From Rhizaria sp. SCN 62-66 (lineage: Eukaryota), in assembly GCA_001724265.1 (NCBI GenBank), contig MEDY01000070.1:1-64000 (forward strand): a DNA stretch of 64,000 nucleotides, in the 5' to 3' direction. Made by a program: the position numbers and the translations under genes. Shown in pieces: positions 34,301 through 45,000 of this stretch (positions are counted from its first letter, which is position 1; the number at the start of each line of letters is the position of its first letter). The notes beneath the pieces are model-generated. The model was given only the letters and a program-made list of their open reading frames with translations, made no database searches and was not told the DNA's origin.

Positions 34301-36597
34301 AGTATGTCGACAACAAGGTGCTGAACTCGCAAGGAACAATTACGTTTATCACCCTCACTCCCCACTTCACCGCGTCGCTGGTGCGCGACTCGTTCAAGCG
34401 TCTGGGCGACATCGGCTCCATCGAGGCTACTTACACCCTGCCGAACGCCGCCAAGCAGCCCTCGCTGGTAGTTGAGGCGGGGTCGCAGTTCGTCCTTGAG
34501 GGCCAGATTTTCCGCCGTCTCTTCGACACGAAGGACACCGTCGTCTCTATCAACGGCGAAGTCGTGAACGGCGAGTGGTCTTTCTCTTCCGCGACGGGCT
34601 CTATTCAGCGCCAGTTCACGACGGTCGCCACTTCCCGCAAGGTCTTCTCCGGCAGCGTCAAGGTCTCCGTCGACAATCTCGTCATGGGTGCCACGCAGTC
34701 TGCTGACAACGTTCTCAACCTGAGTCTTCGCGTCTCCACCGTCAAGGGCACCTCGGAGAACCTGGATAAGGCTCTCAGCGGCCAGGCTGAGTTTTCCCAG
34801 GTGGGCTACTTCCTTGAGATCCCGCGCCCCAGCTTCGCCGTCGACCTTACTCAGCCCGACAATGTGAACCTCACGCTGAGCTACATCCCGTTTGACCTCG
34901 GTTTCGCCGCCAATAACAAGCGTGACTACTTCCGTGTCGCGTTCAACGAGGCTCTCTCCAAATTCGCTATCAACAGTGCTGATAAGACCTGTAAGCGCGT
35001 GCTCGCTGATGGTTCTCTGCATGCGAAGGCTGAGCTCACGTATACTGTCAACTCGGGTGCTAATGATCCCGTGAGCCGGCTCACTGCGATGCCCAGCGAT
35101 GGGTATGTCATCCCCGCTTCTCAGACTCCCGTCACGTTCGTTTGCACTGGTATGACTTACACGGGTGTCGACAAGCAGTTCAGCTCCTACCGTCTGACCC
35201 CTTCTCTCGGCACGTCGTCTACTAGCAATGTTGCTGCGGTCGCTTTTGGTCAGTACTCCCTCGTCAGCCGCTTTGGCACGCGCGCCACCGGTAATCTTGC
35301 TGTCAACAGCGTCCACGTCTACCTGAACAACATTGGCATTTTCTACCCCGACGAGTGGAAGTCCATAAACGTCAACAACAATTACATCTCGAGCGTCAAC
35401 CAGAACGACCTCAAGAACGCCTGCCTGGTTTCCTCCGATGCATGCCCCCTGTCGATCATGGACCCCGTCGGCATCCCGTACGCCGGTCTGGAGCGCCGCT
35501 CTGTGCAGCCCGCCAACACCACCGCGGGCTCCGACTTTGGCGCTCTCGTGGTGACCATCCACCCGCTCCCGCTTGCCGTGCCCGTCGGCGGCTTTTTCCG
35601 CGTCCACCTCCCCACGTCGTGGTCCGTCGGCGCGTCGCTCAGCTGCTCCGCCTCGGTTACTTCGGCCAACGCCGCGCGCGCCAACATCCCTCTCACCACC
35701 GTGACGTCGCCCTACGACTCGCCCGCGTCCTTCGCCAAGGCGCGCTCCTGGGGTGCCGTGGCCAGCGAGTCGGACGCGCGCTGGATCGAGGTCCGCGCGC
35801 TCGCCGCCATCCCCGCTACGTCGGCCGACAGCGGCAACAAAAATAACATGCTGCGCATCTTCTGTGACCGCGTGCGTGTGTCTGCCACTGCCTCTTACGC
35901 GGCGTGGGGCAACACCATCGACATCTACGACGACAAGCACCGCCCGCTGCAGCAGACGCCGATGAGCATCATGCCTGCCATCACGGCCCACCGCGCCCTC
36001 ACGCACCGCCTCGTGCGCGCCTTCACTCTCGCACGCTCCATCGAGCTCTCTGCTGCGGAGTTTGCCGACCTCAAGGCCGCTCTGGCTGAGAAGCTCGACA
36101 TGGACCTCTCGCGCATCACGCTCCTGAGCCAGAAGATCATCTACACTGCGTCGACCGCGGACGCCGACTCGACGACCGAGACGCTCACCCCCTCGCTGCG
36201 CGTCACCGTAGCCCTGGCCGCGACTTCTGCCGACTCCGTGCTCGACCTCGAGCGCATCGCGACGCAGGCCGCTGCGACCCTCGCGGCCGCCGTGGCCAGC
36301 AGCGTCAGCGCGCCCGTGTTGTCGCTCGCTGCGCTCACCTCGTCAGTCACGACCATGGGCTGCACGGACAACATCAAGACGCCTGACAGCTCCGAGACCG
36401 ACATCGACTGTGGTGGCTCCGAGTGCGACCCCTGTCTCAACGGCAGCACCTGCTCCGCCGACTCCGACTGCCAGTCCAACAACTGCGTTCTCGGCCTCTG
36501 CGCCAGCCGTGTCAACGCCGCTGCGGGCCTCGCTCACTCCGCCGCTTTCGGCCTCGCCGCCGCCGCGCTCCTGCTCTCCGTCGTCTTCGGCGCGTAA
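31307..36597 (+). CDS. Large secreted, probably GPI-anchored surface protein, about 1667 aa, with a C-terminal Cys-rich module
   Basis: Exons 31307-31381 and 31669-36597. The spliced N-terminus MLPTSKALMRAYAVAVALLAVATTTVWA is signal-peptide-like. The body is Ser/Thr/Val-rich. CTDNIKTPDSSETDIDCGGSECDPCLNGSTCSADSDCQSNNC precedes a hydrophobic tail with no cytosolic extension. Ends TAA. Confidence 0.8.
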
Positions 36598-38266
36598 GCA
36601 CAGCACAGCACGGCTCGCGCTGCGCAGCACCGCTGCTCTGTGTGTGTGTGTGCGGTCGACCCCAAGCGCACATGTACGACGGCGGCCACGCGCGTTGCTT
36701 GTGTCGGGCGTGCGCGAAGGACGGGGCGGCGCGGGGTGGGCCTGGCAGATTAGTGCCTGCTCCGTGTTCGCTATGTCCCGTCCGCCGTGACGCAACGAAC
36801 TAGACATAGGCACGCCGTAAATGCGGGCTGCTGGGGCTCAGGACTCATCACCCTGATGCCGCAGCACGACACCGCCGCTCCGCACGACTCTTCTCGACTC
36901 TAGTGCCTCAGTAACGAGTTGACTGAGGCAAAACAGCCCCGATACTGGCCGTCCGCGCGCTGGCGCGCACGCAGATGACGACGGCACCGACGATGGCGCA
37001 ACCGCTGCTGTTGCCGGTGACGACTGTGAGCACGCTCCTGTCGCGAGGCCGGGAGAACGGGGAGTTTGTGCGAAGTATCAAGCGTATAATGCAAATGCAG
37101 ACGCACACACTTACGGATTAACACGGATGTGTAAGTGTTTGTTTTTTTCGTTTTACTCTTTCTTTTCATTTTCTTCCTTTACGTTATTTGTTTATGGCAT
37201 TTTTCTCTTCATTTTACGTTTTTCTCATGTGGGGCGTTACGTCTCCTCACGTACTCGCATTTCTCTCAGTGCGCGCTCGCTCTCGATAACCAGTGGTACA
37301 GCAACAGCTTCATCTCACGTCGGTCTCTCTGGGCGCTGCGAAGGCAGCTCCTTAATGTTGACCCGTGCTGATAGCTGCGTTCTCACAGTCTGCGTGACAA
37401 AATCACTTTTGAACCGCACCACTTTGGGCGATGGCTGTTGCTGCCGTCTCTTGACTACTCGAGCGCTGCGTATTGTTATCCATTGCATATAGGTCGGCGC
37501 TCTCAGCTTGCGCAGACCCGTTGGTGATCTTCATTGGTCGCCGTGTCCGCTGTCATCTCGCTTGAACTATCACCGTCTTATCTCTCTTTTTTCTGTGTCG
37601 CTTGCGCACGCTCGTGCACACATCGCCCTCCGGGTGCTGTGTGACCGTGATGCTGTGTTGTATGTAGCAGTATTTGTAAACGAGAGAGAGTTTGCGTGTT
37701 AGGGTACAACCTGATTATATGGCAGGCGCGGTGGCGGAGATGAAGGCTCGAAATACCCATTAAGTTGTCTCGACATTGACTTGTTCTCTGTCAAGATGGC
37801 TCCTTTTGGAGCTAGTGTGCGTGCGAACACTGTGACAAGGCTCGCTCCTATCTGTGCGTGCTCTTGACATTGTGTTAATCACACCGCAAAGTGTTTTTAA
37901 AACAATAAAGCAATATATTTCAACATGTACTTCATGTATCTGCATAACTCGGTCTCTTTGCTTTTCCTATGAGCCATAATTTTTCCGTTCATGAAAGAGA
38001 TCATGCCCTCCCCCAATAGTCCAGAAACCGTGGAAATGTGTCGCACATCTGCGCACTGCACAGTGCAGTTTGTACAATGTACATGTACCTGTGAATATTT
38101 TGTAAGCGCACGTAATTACATGGACTAGGTACAATATGTCTCTTTTGAGACAGTCATTCTGGGTGGCAGCACAGTCAGTAACAGTCAAACAAAATTATAC
38201 TCTATAGCAAACATTTTGAGTTATAAGCCCGTCAAAGTTGAAACAACGTGCTTCAGCACGGCTTAT

Positions 38267-38338
38267 GCGCTTTTACGTCAGTGGTAGACGGGTGCTCTCC
38301 GAAGGCACAGGTCCCGGGTTCAATCCCCGGAAAGCGTT
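38267..38338 (+). tRNA. tRNA-Arg (anticodon CCG), intronless
   Basis: Cloverleaf folded by hand: acceptor GCGCTTT/AAAGCGT, D arm CGTC-AGTGGTA-GACG, anticodon arm GTGCT-CTCCGAA-GGCAC, variable loop AGGTC, T arm CCGGG-TTCAATC-CCCGG. Confidence 0.9.
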
Positions 38339-38343
38339 CTCTC

Positions 38344-38353
38344 TTTTTTTTTT
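38344..38353 (+). terminator. RNA polymerase III oligo-T terminator of the tRNA gene
   Basis: Run of 10 T starting a few nt after the tRNA 3' end. Confidence 0.8.
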
Positions 38354-38386
38354 GCTCTCCATTCTTTCACCCCTTCCCACACGCCG

Positions 38387-38441
38387 TGCCCCGCCCTGCC
38401 CGCCCTGCCCCGCCCTGCCCCGCCCTGCCCCGCCTCGCCCC
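38387..38441. repeat. Tandem repeat of about 5 copies of (TGCCCCGCCC), G-rich on the minus strand
   Basis: tgccccgccc tgcccgccc tgccccgccc tgccccgccc tgccccgcct cgcccc is seen directly. Confidence 0.85.
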
Positions 38442-39023
38442 TAGCCGAGTTTTGCTGTGCACAGTATCGTTGCCGTGCCGTGTTTAAATTATATTAGTGT
38501 ATTGAGATATACACTTATTACTCTCAATAACGCTAATCTTAACTGTGTATATCCAATTCTGTCAAACAACAAAGCCAGCGCGCACAAAATCTGTTACATG
38601 TATACTATATATTAGTACATGTAATAGTACATGTACATTTAAGTGTGTGTTACTATATTTTAAAAACATTGATCTTTTTTTGATAAATTTTTTTGCTGGT
38701 TCAGCTTAACTATCGACTGGTCTGCAGACAACTTTTTCCACCACAAAAATATAGAACTGCTGTTATATGGGGATTTAAACTTGGGAATGATTGGTATCAA
38801 CTGAATTTTCACATTCTACAGATGCCAATACGGATCAGACAGGTAAGATGTGTGGAGATCATGACACGGCGAGACGCAAAAAAGCGGATCGAGAAGATAA
38901 GGAAGTAATCTGTATACTTAAATGACTAATGTAAAAAGAGATAAATTAATTTCAAAATCGACACATAACAATGCTAGAATGGAAGACCCAGTCGCAATGT
39001 GGGGCTGTTGCAGCATCGTATCA

Positions 39024-42000
39024 TTACTCGGGTTTACGTGGGCGCTTCACAACCGCCTCAATGTTGTCAGACACGCGATCTGCCACAACATCGGCACCAC
39101 GGCGCTTGGCCCTGAGTGCAGCAACTGCCGCAGCGGCCTCATCGACAGTCGACTTCCCTGAGACGCCGACCTCGTGACCAAAGTTATCGCCGCCGAACAG
39201 TGGCAGCATGTTTGAGTCTGCGACAGAACTGTGGCCGTCACCGCCCTGCAGCATCGCCGGGTCTCCGAGCAGCCACACCGGCGGCGCACCAGCAAAGAGC
39301 GCGCCATCACCAAAGCCACCATTGATGCCGCCGCCACTGGTGCTGAGACTGTCCCAGGACACAGCTCTCGCGGCAGCTGTTGCAGCCGCTGCGACAACTG
39401 ATGCTGCGTTGTAGGTGGGCGCAAATGCTGATGCCGGCACAGTCGGCCGCAACAGTGCAATGTCTCCACCAGCCGCGGCAGCAGCACCAACAGAAGAGGC
39501 GGCGCCAGAGCCGGGCCGTCCCCCGCGGCCGCCGCGGCGGCCCGCGCCGCCACCGCCACCGGCGCCGCCGCCGCCGCCGCCGTGAGCGCCGGCAACGCTA
39601 ACACTGAGAGACGAGCGTCGCATGCCCGCGCTGGCGCCCCGACCCCTGCGGCCGCGGCCACTGCCAACGCTCCCGCGCTCCCCTGCGGGCTCCGCAGCAG
39701 TTGCAGCAAAATCGGCCCCAACCAGCCAAGAAGGAGCTGCTAAGCCAGTATCCGCACCCGCACCGGCAGCGGAGGCTGCGATTGTCGAGGCCGCCAGTCC
39801 AGCGAGACGCGCGGCGCGGGCGCGGCGCTGCGCTGCCTCGCTGCTTTCGCCGCTAACGGCGACGGGAAAGCCGGATGCGGCCGCAGCTGCAGCGGCAACA
39901 GCGGCGGATGAAGGTGACTCAATAGCACCATCACCAGCAGTGTCGTCGTGAGAGCTACGGGAGGCGCCGCCGCGGCCGCGACCACGGCCCCGGCCGCCGC
40001 GCCCGCCGCGACTCGGCTGGCGACTCGAGGGCTCTTTCGGCATTGCGCTAACAGATCCTGGCTTGCGGCCGCGGCGGCTAGCGCTCCGCTCAACAGCGTC
40101 GGAGTCAGTACGAGCATCCGCATCCGCCGCAGCATCAGCGGCGGCAGCAGCGGGCTTGCGGCCACGGTGACTGATCGAGGCGGCAACTTGCAACCCCAGC
40201 CCCGCTGCACGTGCCTCGGCCTTAACCCTGGCATCTCCGCTCTTGATGCGGATAGCAGCGTTAGAATCAGTGCCGGGAGCACGAGGGGTGCGCTTTACAG
40301 CCACGGGCCTGGCCGCAACGGCCGTGGCAGGACCCGCATGCACGAGATTCACGCGCACGCCCGTCGCAGCGACGCTGGCTTCCGCGATCGTGGTCGCGGC
40401 CGCCACGCGGGCAGCCTCGCTCGCCGCAGCCGCTTCTTCATCTGCCAAGGTCGCCGCGCTGACTGCAAGCGGTGAGAGCAGACCGGCGCGTCTGGCCGCA
40501 GGCGTCGCCGCGGTCGCGAGTGCAGGGGCGACGGCGGTGCGGCGGGCGCCACGCTTGATGCTCAGCGTGGCGATGGCAGCCGTGACGGCCTCATACTGTT
40601 CGCGCGAGAGTGTGCTCGCGTCAGCAGCGGCCGCGACCGTGAGCGCAAGCGTGACAGCGGCTGCAGGGGTGACGTCGCCCCTGAGAGCAGCCTTGGTTGC
40701 GCCCATGCCCGCAGACGCCGCAAGTGCAACCGCGTCCGGGGAAACAACCGAAGTGTCCACATCGGACCCGAAAGCTTCAGCATCATCAGCATCTCGGTCC
40801 GCGTTGTTCGCCGCAGAAAGAGCGTGATGGTGGCGCGCCACCGGAGACATAAGCGCAGCAGACGTCGCGCGCGCGCGCTCCTTCGCCCGTGCACGTGCAA
40901 GCTCCGCCCGTTGCGTTTGCGCGGCGGCAGTGGCAGCGGCCTGCGCGGCACCTGAGGCAGTCGCAGCAGCAGCACGGTTCACTGCCGCAAACGCAAGAGG
41001 CAGCGTGTCCGCTGCGCGGCGACCACGTTTACTGTCTGTGCCCGCCGCGAGCGACACCGGCACCACGAGCTGCTGTGCAAGTCGTGTTTCGGCTCCCTTC
41101 ACAACAGTGTTCGCCGCGATAGCAACAGCCATGCTGCTGGAAGCAGCAGCGGCTGCTGCTGCGTTTTCAGTTTTTGTCGGCGTGCTGAACGACCAAGCGG
41201 CGGGAGTCGCAGCCGCACTGGCTGAGGCAGAGTCGGCGGAAGCAGCACGTGGTGCAGAACGAAGGATAAAGCTCTCACGACCACTACGGCGCGCGGCGGA
41301 GAGACTGAGGCCGGCCACATGCAACAATGCGCGCTCAGCCCAGACTTCCATCTTCGCGTCGCGCTCGTCCATATCGTCGCGACCGTCATCGTCCTCATCA
41401 CGATCGTCGTCGTCATCATCATCATCATCGCCGTCAAGTTCGGAGTCAGAGCTGGCGTCCGCACCAGTGACATATCTGCTTTTGCGAACACCACGCTTAC
41501 GTTGAGCGCGCTTCGCGGCTAACGCTTGCACGCGCGCCCCAGTGGCCGCGCTGCGGGCAGACGCTTCGGTGGCGTTCTGCCGCGCCGCACGGGCCCGGGG
41601 ACAGTTGCCTTCGCCTGCAGCCGCTGCTGCGCTCTCAGCATCGGCCGCAAAAGCCTCCGCCGCGGCCGCCTCCGCAGCCGCGCGCTCCACCAGCCCTGAC
41701 CGTCGCGTCAGCCACGTCGCCATCGGCGCGTGGACGCGCGTCACACGCGCTGGCGCGCCCCAAATCACGCTGCGCGCGGTTCTATCGTGCGAGTGCGCAG
41801 CGGACAGCACAGAGCCCCAGAGCGCGCCACCGGCACAGTAGACGCCCGTCAGCACGATGCCGCGCAGAGAGCGACTGCCGCTCTCGGACTCGAGGAAGCT
41901 GTTTAGCAGCGGCGCAGGCGCTGGCACTGCGGAGTCGGCCGATCGCGACTGCGAGGGCTGGGCCGCAGCGTGTGGCTGATGACTCTGGTTGACAAGCGTC

Positions 42001-45000
42001 GCAGCCAGGGTCACACGGCTCGTGGACAGCGCAGAACGTGCAGAAGCCTGGCCACACGCAGCGAGAAGCGCAGCCGCAGCTGCAGACGCCGCGGCGGCTG
42101 CTGCAACTGGCCGTTCAGCCCCTGCTCCGGCAGCCGCGGCAGCGGCGGCGGCAGGCACGGGCAGTGTGAGAGTGGCTTTGGCGGCGGCAGCGCCGGCAGC
42201 GGCAAGCGCAGCGCCGCCCGCGTCCGTGGATACGACAGCGGGCACTGAGTCCTGTGCAAGTGCGGGCAACAGGGTCGTCACCCGCGCCGCGGCGGCGGCA
42301 ATCGCGCCAGTGGTGTACGCCTCAAGGGCGGCTCCACAAAGCGTGAGAATGTCGTCGTTAGCGGCTTCCACGTCGGCCAGCGCGGCGGCAGCAGCTGCTG
42401 CTATTGAGGCAGCGGCGGCGGCGGGCGTCGCGCCTGCGAAGATGTCACTCGGCATCACGACCAGGGACGACGGCCGCGGGGCCGCCGCAGCCGCCAGTGC
42501 ACCCGCCTCAGTCAGCAAAGCGTCGACCCCATCGGCACTGCTCTCCGCGGCGCTCCTGGCTGCCTGAACAAGCGCCGACACCGTCTGCGCACGCGGGCGC
42601 TGCGCGGGGCCGCTAATGATCGGCAGCTCCACATCCGTGCGCGCGCCCACGCCGGCGAGCACCGAGTGCGCGAGCGCGGCGTCGGTGTCGCACCACGGCC
42701 GCTGGAGCGCGGGCAGCACGCGCGCGCCGCCCGGCAGCAGCAGCGTCCCGTGCGCAGACAGCGCCGGGCCCAACACAACCGCGCCGCCAGGGCCCTGACT
42801 TTGGTTCCGTCTCTGCGCCCGGGCGGCCGGCAGCTGCAACAGCAGGGGACGCGGCGAAACGCCGAGAACAGCGCGGCGCAGCGCGGGCAGCCAGCCCCAG
42901 CGGTGCACGGCCGAGAGTGGCGTGGCGCTGGCGGCCAGCAGCGTGGCCGACACAGCGGAGTACGTCAGCGCCCAGCGCCAGTGCTGCGCCAGCGCGGGCG
43001 GCAGCAGCAGCAGCGGCGACGGCGCCCACGCGCGCAGCGGCGCCGCGCCCGACGCGCACGATCCCAGTCGCGCCAGCGCCAGGCGCAGTTCGCCCTCAGC
43101 CGCGCTCGCGTCCGAGCCTGCGTCTGCTGCTTCGGCAGCCGCCGCGGCGCGCTCGCCGCGCAGCGAAGGCACACGCACGGTGACAGCACCCGGTGCAGCG
43201 CCGGTGCCGACAAAGGCCATGCGCGACAGCGCGACCTTGAGCGCGCGCGACACGGAGCGCGCGTCAGTGCACCACTGCAGCGCCGGCGGCTGAGGCTGCT
43301 GCTGCTGGTGCATGGGCTCAGGGGAGTCATGCATTGCACTGCCTCTGTTGACTCGCGCACTAGCGCCGTCCGTGCTGGCACGCGAGGTGGCGACGTAGGC
43401 CGCGGCCTCGGTGGCCGCGGTGCGCTCCAGCAGCGGGCCTGCGAGCGCGAGCGCGTGCGCGGCGGCGACGGCGACGACGGTGGCGAGTCCGCCCGCGCCG
43501 CCGCCCAGCCCCGCGAGCGTGCCGGGCGGGGCGGCGGCGAGCAGCGCGGCGGCGGTCGGGTCTGCAGCAGCGGCGGCGGCCAGCGGCGCCGTGACGAGCA
43601 GCGCGGCGGCGCCGGTGACGATGCTTGACGGTGTCACCAGCGGCGGCAGCAGAGGGTTCTGCTGCGACGCACTGACCAGCGCGCCGCTGTCGCGCCGCCA
43701 CGGGCCGCCGTGGCCGAAACCGCCGTCGCGGAGGCCGCTCTCCGCAGCAACCACGGCGAACTGCGGGAGCGCGGCGCCCCCGTGCGGGCCGCGGCGCCAG
43801 TGCGGGGGCCCGCCGCCGGGAGGCCCCGGCGGCCCGTGGCGACCGCCACCGTGGTGACCCCCGGGAGGCCCGTGGTGGCCGCCGTCGCCCCTGTGCGGAC
43901 CGCCTCCGCGGCGAATGCGGCCAGCGTACGGACCGCGCTCCTGGTGCTGGTGCGGTTGCTGCAGATGCGGCTTCTGGAGCGGAGACACGAAGGGGGCGGT
44001 GAGGGGCTCTAGACCAGAGGGCGCGCGGTCCCCGATGGCAGTGGGACCCAAGGAGGGCGTCACTAGCCCCGCCGTCGGTCCGCCCGCAGCCGCAGAGTGC
44101 GCGCTGTCCTTGAGACTGCGATTGCCGCTGCCACTGGAGCTGGGGAGCGGCGTGGGGGTCGCCAGCGAGAGCGGCACGGGCAGCGGCAGCCGGCTGCCGC
44201 CAGTGCCGCCGACGCCGCCGCTCGCGCTCGCGCGCGTGGGGCCAAGCTCTGGCGACACCAACGCGCCCACAATCACAGGACTGCCCGTCGACGCGGTTGA
44301 GGACGCGGCGGCGGCCGCAGCGGCCACGGCGGCGGAGACGGCGGCGGAGACGCCCGGGGTCGTCGCCGAGGACTCTGCGGAGGACGGGGCGGGCGTTGGC
44401 GTGGCCGGGTCTGCAGCAGCCGTGCCTGCAGCGCCGGCGCTAACACTGCTGCTGCTGGAGCCGGAGACAGAGCGCAGCGGCGGGCTGCGGCTCAGGAACG
44501 GGGACGGCGGGAACACACTGCCCTTCGGTGTGCCTGCAGAACTCGCAGCAGCAGCAGCAGCAGCGGCTGCGGCGGCCGCGGCGGAAGCGGGACGGCCCCT
44601 TGACACTGGGCGCGCGGCGGCAGTGTCTCCGTTAGACAACTGTCCGTCGACTGACGGGCTTGTTCGACTGCGTGCCCCAGTGCGCGCAAGCGGATGCGGA
44701 TGGGTCGGAGTTTCACTCGCCGTCGCCGTCGCCGCATCAGCAGCCGAGTTCTGCTGTTGTTGGTGAGGTGGAGGAGGCGGCGGCGGCGGACCGTGGTGGT
44801 GCGGGGGCCCGCGGTGGGGGAAAGTGCGCGGCCCGGGAGGCCTGCGGAAAGCCGGCATACAGTGTCCAATCACCGCGCTCTCGCCAGGGCCCGAAACAAC
44901 GAGCGGCGCATTCGCAGCCGTAAAGTCGGACCTGCGGCCAAAGCCGCGGCCTGCGTCCCGGGGAGTGACAGCGTGCAGTGCTTCACGCTCCTGCGACAGC

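Noticed and set aside
33118-36006. 962-aa antisense ORF and the many other long overlapping ORFs (e.g. 57261-59168, 46482-47993, 50339-51874)
   Set aside because: These are shadow frames expected from GC-rich, biased codon usage. They have no recognisable motifs and each overlaps a better-supported gene.
38267-38338. The tRNA as the UAG-decoding tRNA, or as evidence of CGG reassignment
   Set aside because: The anticodon is CCG, not CTA. CGG encodes conserved Arg in RRP8 (YKRR), the APC10 LR tail, the carrier (KTRLQ) and DHHC (RPP).
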